Of a DNA stretch of 64,000 nt, positions 54,997 through 64,000 are shown in pieces (position 1 is the stretch's first letter; each line of letters starts with the position of its first letter). Under the pieces are notes generated by a model, which was not told the DNA's origin, ran no database searches, and saw only the letters and a list, made by a program, of their open reading frames with translations. Source of the DNA: Escherichia coli (GTDB lineage: Bacteria; Pseudomonadota; Gammaproteobacteria; Enterobacterales; Enterobacteriaceae); NCBI RefSeq assembly GCF_050320075.1, contig NZ_CP190018.1; one strand, given 5' to 3'. The translations under genes and the position numbers were made by a program.

Positions 54997-56469
54997 ATGT
55001 CATCGTTGCAAATTTTGCAAGGCACGTTTCGTCTTAGCGACACAAAAACGCTGCAATTGCCTCAGCTAACGTTAAACGCGGGTGATAGTTGGGCGTTTGT
55101 CGGTTCGAATGGAAGCGGGAAATCGGCCCTGGCCCGCGCGCTGGCGGGGGAACTTCCGCTTTTGAAAGGTGAACGGCAAAGCCAGTTTTCCCACATCACT
55201 CGTCTCTCCTTCGAGCAATTGCAAAAGCTCGTCAGCGACGAATGGCAGCGGAATAACACCGATATGCTTAGTCCTGGCGAAGATGACACCGGGCGTACCA
55301 CGGCTGAGATCATTCAGGATGAAGTAAAGGATACTCCGCGTTGCATGCAACTGGCGCAGCAGTTCGGTATTACCGCCCTCCTCGACCGACGCTTTAAATA
55401 CCTTTCCACTGGCGAGACGCGAAAAACCCTGCTGTGTCAGGCGCTGATGTCGGAGCCTGACTTGTTGATCCTTGATGAACCGTTCGATGGCCTGGATGTT
55501 GCCTCACGTCAGCAGCTGGCTGAGCTACTCGCCTCGTTACATCAGTCCGGTATTACTCTGGTACTGGTGCTCAATCGCTTCGATGAGATACCAGAATTTG
55601 TCCAGTTTGCTGGCGTGCTGGCGGATTGTACGTTAGCGGAAACTGGCGCTAAAGAGGAACTGCTCCAGCAAGCACTCGTCGCGCAACTGGCGCATAGCGA
55701 ACAGCTTGAAGGTGTACAACTGCCGGAGCCGGATGAACCTTCAGCACGTCACGCCTTACCCGCCAACGAACCGCGCATTGTGCTGAACAATGGCGTGGTT
55801 TCTTATAATGATCGCCCCATTCTTAATAACCTTAGCTGGCAGGTGAATCCAGGTGAACACTGGCAAATTGTCGGGCCAAATGGCGCGGGAAAATCGACGT
55901 TATTAAGCCTGATTACTGGCGATCATCCGCAAGGTTACAGCAACGATTTGACGCTTTTCGGACGACGTCGCGGCAGCGGCGAAACCATCTGGGATATCAA
56001 AAAGCATATCGGTTACGTCAGCAGTAGTTTGCATCTGGATTACCGGGTCAGTACTACTGTGCGTAATGTGATTCTTTCTGGCTATTTTGATTCGATTGGC
56101 ATTTATCAGGCCGTTTCGGATCGCCAGCAAAAACTGGTGCAGCAGTGGCTGGATATTCTCGGCATTGATAAACGCACGGCTGACGCTCCGTTCCATAGTC
56201 TTTCCTGGGGGCAACAACGCCTGGCGCTGATCGTCCGCGCGCTGGTGAAACATCCGACGTTGCTTATTCTCGATGAACCACTACAGGGGCTTGATCCGCT
56301 CAATCGCCAGCTTATCCGCCGGTTTGTTGATGTGCTGATTAGCGAAGGTGAAACGCAATTGTTGTTTGTTTCGCACCACGCTGAAGATGCGCCTGCCTGT
56401 ATTACCCATCGTCTTGAGTTCGTGCCAGACGGCGGACTCTATCGCTATGTGCTGACAAAAATAAATTGA
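54997..56469 (+). CDS. modF: ABC-family ATPase ModF (two ATP-binding cassettes)
   Basis: MSSLQILQGTFRLSDTKTLQLPQLTLNAGDSWAFVGSNGSGKSALARALAGEL... two Walker A motifs (GSNGSGKS, GPNGAGKS). Confidence 0.93.
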   Translation: MSSLQILQGTFRLSDTKTLQLPQLTLNAGDSWAFVGSNGSGKSALARALAGELPLLKGERQSQFSHITRLSFEQLQKLVSDEWQRNNTDMLSPGEDDTGRTTAEIIQDEVKDTPRCMQLAQQFGITALLDRRFKYLSTGETRKTLLCQALMSEPDLLILDEPFDGLDVASRQQLAELLASLHQSGITLVLVLNRFDEIPEFVQFAGVLADCTLAETGAKEELLQQALVAQLAHSEQLEGVQLPEPDEPSARHALPANEPRIVLNNGVVSYNDRPILNNLSWQVNPGEHWQIVGPNGAGKSTLLSLITGDHPQGYSNDLTLFGRRRGSGETIWDIKKHIGYVSSSLHLDYRVSTTVRNVILSGYFDSIGIYQAVSDRQQKLVQQWLDILGIDKRTADAPFHSLSWGQQRLALIVRALVKHPTLLILDEPLQGLDPLNRQLIRRFVDVLISEGETQLLFVSHHAEDAPACITHRLEFVPDGGLYRYVLTKIN

Positions 56470-56487
56470 GTCGGTAGTGCTGACCGT

Positions 56488-56560
56488 GCCGGAGGCGGCC
56501 TAAGCGCCCTCTCCGGCCAACGGTTCGACGCATCCAGGCATGAAACCGCGTCTTTTTTTT
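56488..56560 (+). terminator. Probable terminator region downstream of modF
   Basis: GCCGGAGGCGGCCTAAGCGCCCTCTCCGGC hairpin and downstream T8 tract. Confidence 0.5.
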
Positions 56561-56637
56561 CAGATAAAAAGCGCAATCATTCATAAACCCTCTGTTTTAT
56601 AATCACTTAATCGCGCATAAAAAACGGCTAAATTCTT

Positions 56638-56653
56638 GTGTAAACGATTCCAC
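56638..56653. promoter_or_regulatory. gal external operator OE (GalR/GalS site GTGTAAACGATTCCAC) within the galP1/P2 promoter region with adjacent CRP site
   Basis: Exact match to the classical OE sequence, followed by TTTATTCCATGTCACACTTTTCGCATCTTTGTTATGCTATGGTTATTTCATACCATAAGCC. Confidence 0.85.
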
Positions 56654-56731
56654 TAATTTATTCCATGTCACACTTTTCGCATCTTTGTTATGCTATGGTT
56701 ATTTCATACCATAAGCCTAATGGAGCGAATT

Positions 56732-57748
56732 ATGAGAGTTCTGGTTACCGGTGGTAGCGGTTACATTGGAAGTCATACCTGTGTGCAATTACTGCAAAAC
56801 GGTCATGATGTCATCATTCTTGATAACCTCTGTAACAGTAAGCGCAGCGTACTGCCCGTTATCGAGCGTTTAGGCGGCAAACATCCAACGTTTGTTGAAG
56901 GCGATATTCGTAACGAAGCGTTGATGACCGAGATCCTGCACGATCACGCTATCGACACCGTGATCCACTTCGCCGGGCTGAAAGCCGTTGGCGAATCGGT
57001 ACAAAAACCGCTGGAATATTACGACAACAATGTCAACGGTACTCTCCGCCTGATTAGCGCCATGCGCGCCGCGAACGTCAAAAACTTTATTTTTAGCTCC
57101 TCTGCCACCGTTTATGGCGATCAGCCCAAAATTCCATACGTTGAAAGCTTCCCGACCGGCACACCGCAAAGCCCTTACGGCAAAAGCAAACTGATGGTTG
57201 AACAGATCCTCACCGATCTGCAAAAAGCCCAGCCGGACTGGAGCATTGCTCTGCTGCGCTACTTCAACCCGGTTGGCGCACATCCGTCGGGCGATATGGG
57301 CGAAGATCCGCAAGGCATTCCGAATAACCTGATGCCATACATCGCCCAGGTTGCTGTAGGCCGTCGCGACTCGCTGGCGATTTTTGGTAACGATTATCCG
57401 ACCGAAGACGGTACTGGCGTACGCGATTACATCCACGTAATGGATCTGGCGGACGGTCACGTCGTGGCGATGGAGAAACTGGCGAACAAGCCAGGCGTAC
57501 ACATCTACAACCTCGGCGCTGGCGTAGGCAGCAGCGTGCTGGACGTGGTTAATGCCTTCAGCAAAGCCTGCGGCAAACCGGTTAACTATCATTTTGCACC
57601 GCGTCGCGAGGGCGACCTTCCGGCCTACTGGGCGGACGCCAGCAAAGCCGACCGTGAACTGAACTGGCGCGTGACGCGCACACTCGATGAAATGGCGCAG
57701 GACACCTGGCACTGGCAGTCACGCCATCCACAGGGATATCCCGATTAA
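56732..57748 (+). CDS. galE: UDP-glucose 4-epimerase
   Basis: MRVLVTGGSGYIGSHTCVQLLQNGHDVIILDNLCNSKRSVLPVIERLGGKHPTFVEGDIRNEALM... 338 aa. Confidence 0.97.
   Translation: MRVLVTGGSGYIGSHTCVQLLQNGHDVIILDNLCNSKRSVLPVIERLGGKHPTFVEGDIRNEALMTEILHDHAIDTVIHFAGLKAVGESVQKPLEYYDNNVNGTLRLISAMRAANVKNFIFSSSATVYGDQPKIPYVESFPTGTPQSPYGKSKLMVEQILTDLQKAQPDWSIALLRYFNPVGAHPSGDMGEDPQGIPNNLMPYIAQVAVGRRDSLAIFGNDYPTEDGTGVRDYIHVMDLADGHVVAMEKLANKPGVHIYNLGAGVGSSVLDVVNAFSKACGKPVNYHFAPRREGDLPAYWADASKADRELNWRVTRTLDEMAQDTWHWQSRHPQGYPD
56751..56766. promoter_or_regulatory. gal internal operator OI (GTGGTAGCGGTTACAT) inside the 5' end of galE
   Basis: Exact match to the classical OI sequence about 20 bp into galE. Confidence 0.85.
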
Positions 57749-57757
57749 GGAACGACC

Positions 57758-58804
57758 ATGACGCAATTTAATCCCGTTGATCATCCACATCGCCGCTACA
57801 ACCCGCTCACCGGGCAATGGATTCTGGTTTCACCGCACCGCGCTAAGCGCCCCTGGCAGGGGGCGCAGGAAACGCCAGCCAAACAGGTGTTACCTGCGCA
57901 TGATCCAGATTGCTTCCTCTGCGCAGGTAATGTGCGGGTGACAGGCGATAAAAACCCCGATTACACCGGGACTTACGTTTTCACTAATGACTTTGCGGCC
58001 TTGATGTCTGACACGCCAGATGCGCCAGAAAGCAAAGATCCGCTGATGCGTTGCCAGAGCGCGCGCGGTACCAGCCGGGTGATCTGCTTTTCACCGGATC
58101 ACAGTAAAACGTTGCCAGAACTGAGCGTTGCGGCATTGACGGAAATCGTCAAAACCTGGCAGGAGCAAACCGCAGAACTGGGGAAAACATACCCATGGGT
58201 GCAGGTCTTTGAAAACAAAGGTGCGGCGATGGGCTGCTCTAACCCGCATCCGCACGGACAGATTTGGGCAAATAGCTTCCTGCCTAACGAAGCTGAGCGT
58301 GAAGACCGCCTGCAAAAAGAATATTTTGCCGAACAGAAATCACCAATGCTGGTGGATTATGTTCAGCGCGAGCTGGCAGACGGTAGCCGTACCGTTGTCG
58401 AAACCGAACACTGGTTAGCCGTAGTGCCTTACTGGGCTGCCTGGCCGTTCGAAACGCTACTACTGCCCAAAGCCCACGTTTTGCGGATCACCGATTTGAC
58501 CGACGGCCAGCGCAGCGATTTGGCGCTGGCGTTGAAAAAGCTGACCAGTCGTTATGACAACCTCTTCCAGTGCTCCTTCCCCTACTCTATGGGCTGGCAC
58601 GGCGCACCGTTTAATGGCGAAGAGAATCAACACTGGCAGCTGCACGCGCACTTTTATCCGCCTCTGTTGCGCTCCGCCACCGTACGTAAATTTATGGTTG
58701 GTTATGAAATGCTGGCAGAGACCCAGCGAGACCTGACCGCAGAACAGGCAGCAGAGCGTTTGCGCGCAGTCAGCGATATCCATTTTCGCGAATCCGGAGT
58801 GTAA
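57758..58804 (+). CDS. galT: Galactose-1-phosphate uridylyltransferase
   Basis: 348-aa [41 protein letters not shown]... with HPHGQ active-site motif. Confidence 0.97.
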   Translation: MTQFNPVDHPHRRYNPLTGQWILVSPHRAKRPWQGAQETPAKQVLPAHDPDCFLCAGNVRVTGDKNPDYTGTYVFTNDFAALMSDTPDAPESKDPLMRCQSARGTSRVICFSPDHSKTLPELSVAALTEIVKTWQEQTAELGKTYPWVQVFENKGAAMGCSNPHPHGQIWANSFLPNEAEREDRLQKEYFAEQKSPMLVDYVQRELADGSRTVVETEHWLAVVPYWAAWPFETLLLPKAHVLRITDLTDGQRSDLALALKKLTSRYDNLFQCSFPYSMGWHGAPFNGEENQHWQLHAHFYPPLLRSATVRKFMVGYEMLAETQRDLTAEQAAERLRAVSDIHFRESGV

Positions 58805-58807
58805 GAA

Positions 58808-59956
58808 ATGAGTCTGAAAGAAAAAACACAATCTCTGTTTGCCAACGCATTTGGCTACCCTGCCACTCACACCATTCAGGCGCCTGGCCGCGTGAATTTG
58901 ATTGGTGAACACACCGACTACAACGACGGTTTCGTTCTGCCCTGCGCGATTGATTATCAAACCGTGATCAGTTGTGCGCCACGCGATGACCGTAAAGTTC
59001 GCGTAATGGCAGCCGATTATGAAAATCAGCTCGACGAGTTTTCCCTTGATGCGCCCATTGTCGCACATGAAAACTATCAATGGGCTAACTACGTTCGTGG
59101 CGTGGTGAAACATCTGCAACTGCGTAACAACAGCTTCGGCGGCGTGGACATGGTGATTAGCGGCAACGTGCCGCAGGGTGCCGGGTTAAGTTCTTCCGCC
59201 TCACTGGAAGTCGCAGTCGGAACCGTATTGCAGCAGCTTTATCATCTGCCGCTGGACGGCGCACAAATCGCGCTTAACGGCCAGGAAGCAGAAAACCAGT
59301 TTGTTGGCTGTAACTGCGGGATCATGGATCAGCTAATTTCCGCACTCGGCAAGAAAGATCATGCCTTGCTGATCGATTGCCGTTCACTGGGTACCAAAGC
59401 AGTCTCCATGCCGAAAGGTGTGGCTGTCGTCATTATCAACAGTAACTTCAAACGTACCCTGGTTGGCAGCGAATACAACACCCGTCGTGAACAGTGCGAA
59501 ACCGGTGCGCGTTTCTTCCAGCAGCCAGCCCTGCGCGATGTCACCATTGAAGAGTTCAACGCTGTTGCGCATGAACTGGACCCAATCGTGGCGAAACGCG
59601 TGCGTCATATCCTGACTGAAAACGCCCGCACCGTTGAAGCTGCCAGCGCGCTGGAGCAAGGCGACCTGAAACGTATGGGCGAGTTGATGGCGGAGTCTCA
59701 TGCCTCTATGCGCGATGATTTCGAAATCACCGTTCCGCAAATTGACACTCTGGTAGAAATCGTCAAAGCTGTGATTGGCGACAAAGGTGGCGTACGCATG
59801 ACCGGCGGCGGATTTGGCGGCTGTATCGTCGCGCTGATCCCGGAAGAGCTGGTGCCTGCCGTACAGCAAGCTGTCGCTGAACAATATGAAGCAAAAACAG
59901 GTATTAAAGAGACTTTTTACGTTTGTAAACCATCACAAGGAGCAGGACAGTGCTGA
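58808..59956 (+). CDS. galK: Galactokinase
   Basis: 382-aa [55 protein letters not shown]... Confidence 0.97.
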
Positions 59957-60990
59957 ACGAAACTCCCGCACTGGCACCCGATGGTCAGCCGTACCGACTG
60001 TTAACTTTGCGTAACAACGCAGGGATGGTAGTCACGCTGATGGACTGGGGTTCGACTTTACTTTCCGCCCGTATTCCGCTTTCCGATGGCAGCGTCCGAG
60101 AGGCGCTGCTTGGCTGCGCCAGCCCGGAATGCTATCAGGATCAGGCCGCATTTCTGGGGGCCTCTATTGGTCGTTATGCCAACCGCATCGCCAATAGCCG
60201 TTATACCTTTGACGGTGAAACCGTGACGCTTTCACCAAGTCAGGGCGTTAACCAGCTGCACGGCGGCCCGGAAGGGTTCGACAAACGTCGCTGGCAGATT
60301 GTGAACCAGAATGATCGTCAGGTGCTGTTTGCCCTGAGTTCAGATGATGGCGATCAGGGCTTCCCGGGTAATCTCGGCGCGACGGTGCAATATCGTCTGA
60401 CCGACGATAACCGTATCTCCATTACTTATCGCGCCACAGTTGATAAACCTTGCCCGGTGAATATGACTAATCACGTCTATTTCAATCTTGACGGCGAGCA
60501 GTCTGACGTGCGCAATCACAAGTTGCAGATTCTGGCGGACGAATATCTGCCGGTTGATGAAGGCGGCATTCCGCACGACGGCCTGAAATCTGTCGCCGGA
60601 ACGTCTTTTGATTTCCGCAGCGCCAAAATCATCGCCAGTGAGTTTCTTGCCGACGACGATCAGCGCAAAGTGAAAGGTTACGATCACGCGTTCTTGTTAC
60701 AGGCCAAAGGCGATGGCAAGAAAGTGGCGGCGCATGTCTGGTCAGCAGATGAAAAATTGCAGCTGAAGGTCTACACCACCGCTCCGGCTCTGCAATTCTA
60801 CTCCGGCAACTTCCTCGGCGGCACACCGTCGCGGGGAACCGAACCTTACGCCGACTGGCAAGGGCTGGCTCTGGAAAGCGAATTTCTGCCGGACAGCCCG
60901 AACCACCCTGAATGGCCGCAACCAGACTGCTTCCTGCGTCCTGGCGAAGAGTATTCCAGCCTGACGGAATATCAGTTTATTGCTCAGTAA
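59950..60990 (+). CDS. galM: Aldose 1-epimerase (galactose mutarotase)
   Basis: 346-aa [59 protein letters not shown]... Confidence 0.95.
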
Positions 60991-61192
60991 TGTTAAGCCC
61001 TCGTCATGAGGGCTTTATCCTCATATTGTTCAAATCACCAGCAAACACCGACATATTTGCAACTCAATATTCACAACAACCTTACACTGCGACACTATTT
61101 TCGCTATGGTTATGCGTAAGCATTGCTGTTGCTTCGTCACGGCAATATAATGAGAATTATTATCATTAAAAGATGATTTGAGGAGTAAGTAT

Positions 61193-61945
61193 ATGGCTGT
61201 AACTAAGCTGGTTCTGGTTCGTCATGGCGAAAGTCAGTGGAACAAAGAAAACCGTTTCACCGGTTGGTACGACGTGGATCTGTCTGAGAAAGGCGTAAGC
61301 GAAGCAAAAGCAGCAGGTAAGCTGCTGAAAGAGGAAGGTTACAGCTTTGACTTTGCTTACACCTCTGTGCTGAAACGCGCTATTCATACCCTGTGGAATG
61401 TGCTGGACGAACTGGATCAGGCATGGCTGCCCGTTGAGAAATCCTGGAAACTGAACGAACGTCACTACGGTGCGTTGCAGGGTCTGAACAAAGCGGAAAC
61501 TGCTGAAAAGTATGGCGACGAGCAGGTGAAACAGTGGCGTCGTGGTTTTGCAGTGACTCCGCCGGAACTGACTAAAGATGATGAGCGTTATCCGGGTCAC
61601 GATCCACGTTACGCGAAGCTGAGCGAGAAAGAACTGCCACTGACGGAAAGCCTGGCGCTGACCATTGACCGCGTGATCCCTTACTGGAATGAAACTATTC
61701 TACCGCGTATGAAGAGCGGTGAGCGCGTAATCATCGCTGCACACGGTAACTCGTTACGTGCGCTGGTGAAATATCTTGATAACATGAGCGAAGAAGAGAT
61801 TCTTGAGCTGAATATCCCGACCGGCGTGCCGCTGGTTTATGAGTTTGACGAGAACTTCAAACCGCTGAAACGCTATTATCTGGGTAATGCTGACGAGATC
61901 GCGGCGAAAGCAGCAGCCGTTGCGAACCAGGGTAAAGCGAAGTAA
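61193..61945 (+). CDS. gpmA: 2,3-bisphosphoglycerate-dependent phosphoglycerate mutase
   Basis: [68 protein letters not shown]... 250 aa. Confidence 0.96.
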
Positions 61946-61968
61946 ACGTCTTTCGTTTAAAAATGAGA

Positions 61969-61998
61969 AAGCCGACTGCAAGTGAGTCGGCTTTTTTG
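61969..61998. terminator. Rho-independent terminator downstream of gpmA
   Basis: AGCCGACT-GCAAGTG-AGTCGGCT hairpin followed by TTTTTTG. Confidence 0.8.
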
Positions 61999-62025
61999 TT
62001 TGTCGTTGCTAACAATGGAGCACAT

Positions 62026-62105
62026 TGCCTGATGCTACGCTGCGCGTCTTATCAGGGCTACGGTGATTCATCGGATATGCCACTCTGACGGCGCATCCGA
62101 CAATT
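62026..62105. repeat. REP (repetitive extragenic palindromic) element(s) between gpmA and aroG
   Basis: GCCTGATGCTACGCTGCGCGTCTTATCAGGGCTACG resembles the E. coli REP consensus; a second inverted partial copy (GACGGCGCATCCGACA) follows. Confidence 0.7.
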
Positions 62106-62110
62106 AAACC

Positions 62111-63163
62111 TTACCCGCGACGCGCTTTTACTGCATTCGCCAGTTGACGTAACAGAGCATCGGTATCTTCCCAGCCGATGCAGGCATCAGTGATGCTCTT
62201 GCCATAGGCCAGCGGTTCCCCACTCTCGAGGCTCTGATTGCCTTCCACCAGATGGCTTTCCACCATCACGCCAATAATGGCCTTTTCGCCACCGGCAATC
62301 TGCTGGCAAACGTCAGCACAAACATCCATCTGCTTTTTGAATTGTTTTGACGAGTTAGCATGGCTGAAATCGATCATCACCTGTGCTGGCAGGCCTGCTT
62401 TGTTCAGCCCTTCTTTCACTTCAGCAACGTGCTTCGCGCTGTAGTTAGGCTCTTTACCACCGCGCAGAATGATATGGCAATCGCCGTTACCGCTGGTATT
62501 CACAATCGCCGAATGCCCCCATTTCGTTACGGACAGGAAGCAGTGCGGCGTACCGGCGGCATTAATGGCATCGATAGCCACTTTAATCGTACCGTCGGTG
62601 CCATTTTTGAAGCCTACCGGGCAAGAAAGCCCTGATGCCAGTTCGCGGTGCACCTGCGATTCCGTAGTACGTGCGCCAATTGCGCCCCAGCTCATCAGGT
62701 CAGCGAGATATTGTGGGGTGATCATATCCAGGAATTCACCCGCCGCTGGCAGACCGCTGTCGTTAATATCGAGCAGCAATTTGCGGGCAATACGCAGACC
62801 GTCGTTGATCTGGAAGCTGTTATCCATATGCGGATCGTTAATCAGCCCTTTCCAGCCCACCGTAGTACGCGGCTTTTCAAAATAGACGCGCATCACGATT
62901 TCCAGCTCATCTTGCAGCTCTTCACGCAGCGTCAGCAAGCGAGCGGCATACTCTTTAGCCGCGACAGGATCATGAATTGAGCACGGACCAATCACCACCA
63001 ACAGGCGATCATCATTACCTTTCAGGATTTTATGGATCGCTTTTCGGGCATGGGCGACCGTATTCGCGGCATTTTCAGTAGCGGGGAATTTTTCCAGCAA
63101 TGCGACAGGAGGAAGTAACTCTTTGATTTCTTTGATGCGTAAATCGTCGTTCTGATAATTCAT
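62111..63163 (-). CDS. aroG: Phe-sensitive 3-deoxy-D-arabino-heptulosonate-7-phosphate (DAHP) synthase
   Basis: 350-aa ORF MNYQNDDLRIKEIKELLPPVALLEKFPATENAANTVAHARKAIHKILKGNDDRLLVVIGPCSIHDP... Confidence 0.96.
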   Translation of the reverse strand: MNYQNDDLRIKEIKELLPPVALLEKFPATENAANTVAHARKAIHKILKGNDDRLLVVIGPCSIHDPVAAKEYAARLLTLREELQDELEIVMRVYFEKPRTTVGWKGLINDPHMDNSFQINDGLRIARKLLLDINDSGLPAAGEFLDMITPQYLADLMSWGAIGARTTESQVHRELASGLSCPVGFKNGTDGTIKVAIDAINAAGTPHCFLSVTKWGHSAIVNTSGNGDCHIILRGGKEPNYSAKHVAEVKEGLNKAGLPAQVMIDFSHANSSKQFKKQMDVCADVCQQIAGGEKAIIGVMVESHLVEGNQSLESGEPLAYGKSITDACIGWEDTDALLRQLANAVKARRG

Positions 63164-63478
63164 GTCTGTTCCAGTGTTGCCATACTTATCTTAGTGAATG
63201 CAATACTTCCAATCTATATCTTCCGTCAGAATGTGTAAACGGGGTTTTACACTATGAACGGATTAATCCTGGAATTAGCAAGAAAAACGCCAGATTGTCG
63301 CGAAAAACGAGATCTCTCCTACAATTTCTAACTGTAACTCCTTTGTTTGTTAATTATTTCAAGATTCTCTGCTGGGTATCTTTGCTTGGCTGAAATCTTA
63401 AACCATTGCCTTATATTCACCTGCAAATGCACTGTTGGAAGAGGTTATCCGACATAACGACCATAACAGGAGCATCCT

Positions 63479-63859
63479 ATGAAAATGACAAAACTGGCCA
63501 CACTATTTTTGACTGCCACTCTAAGCCTTGCCAGCGGTGCCGCACTGGCTGCCGATAGCGGAGCGCAAAGCAATAACGGCCAGGCAAACGCCGCAGCTGA
63601 TGCGGGCCAGGTAGCCCCTGATGCCCGTGAAAATGTCGCGCCAAATAACGTCGACAATAACGGGGTAAATACCGGTTCTGGCGGCACAATGCTGCATCCG
63701 GATGGTTCTTCAATGAACAATGACGGCATGACCAAAGATGAAGAGCACAAGAACACCATGTGCAAAGATGGTCGCTGTCCGGATATCAATAAAAAGGTAC
63801 AAACTGGTGATGGCATCAACAATGATGTCGATACCAAAACCGACGGTACCACGCAGTAA
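63479..63859 (+). CDS. ybgS: Secreted Gly/Asn/Asp-rich protein YbgS
   Basis: 126-aa [47 protein letters not shown]... with signal peptide. Confidence 0.9.
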   Translation: MKMTKLATLFLTATLSLASGAALAADSGAQSNNGQANAAADAGQVAPDARENVAPNNVDNNGVNTGSGGTMLHPDGSSMNNDGMTKDEEHKNTMCKDGRCPDINKKVQTGDGINNDVDTKTDGTTQ

Positions 63860-63972
63860 CCCTGCGAAATAGCCAATAATGGGAGAGCGGAGTCTCTCCC
63901 TTTTAATTTTTCCCTTCTAAAAGCAGTATGATGTCATAAAGTTAAGTGAGAATAATTAAGGGATGACTCGTC

Positions 63973-64000
63973 ATGGCGCACTCACACTCACACACTTCCT
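63973..64000 (+). CDS. zitB: Zinc efflux transporter ZitB (first 9 codons only; continues beyond window)
   Basis: ATG GCG CAC TCA CAC TCA CAC ACT TCC = MAHSHSHTS, the His-rich ZitB N-terminus; expected gene order after ybgS. Confidence 0.6.

Overview
The window is an E. coli-type chromosome segment in which roughly the first 41.6 kb is a lambdoid prophage (left end beyond the window) and the remaining 22.4 kb is the conserved host ybh-mod-gal-gpmA-aroG region. The prophage is integrated at the phage lambda attB site: an attL core (41607..41621) sits next to lambda-type int/xis and the host gene ybhC. It is a mosaic. The tail and head genes (J I K L M H G/T V U Z FII FI E D C B W A) are lambda-like. 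The small terminase Nu1 has a divergent N-terminal DNA-binding domain and a matching non-lambda cosB, while cosN is lambda-like. The lysis cassette is phage-21-type (pinholin S, SAR endolysin R, Rz/Rz1). A low-GC cargo cluster plus an IS200 copy lies between Q and the lysis genes. The nin/replication region is DLP12-like (rusA, ybcO, ninE, ninB, a ybcK-type large serine recombinase, emrE, ren, P, O with internal ori iterons). The immunity region is Rac-like (CI/LexA-like repressor divergent from YdaS/YdaT-like genes). The most notable element is a very AT-rich 535-aa gene (33808..35415) directly downstream of the repressor, in the position lambda uses for rexAB. Its N-terminal half carries SIR2-type (sirtuin-like NADase) motifs and its C-terminal half is unrecognisable; I interpret it as a candidate single-gene anti-phage system. 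Other unassigned cargo includes a 169-aa membrane-anchored protein (26727..27236), a 200-aa polytopic membrane protein (39215..39817) and an AraC / DUF523-DUF1722 / lipocalin cluster. No rRNA, tRNA or CRISPR arrays were recognised. All calls rest on reading the six-frame translations against remembered protein families; no database search was run.
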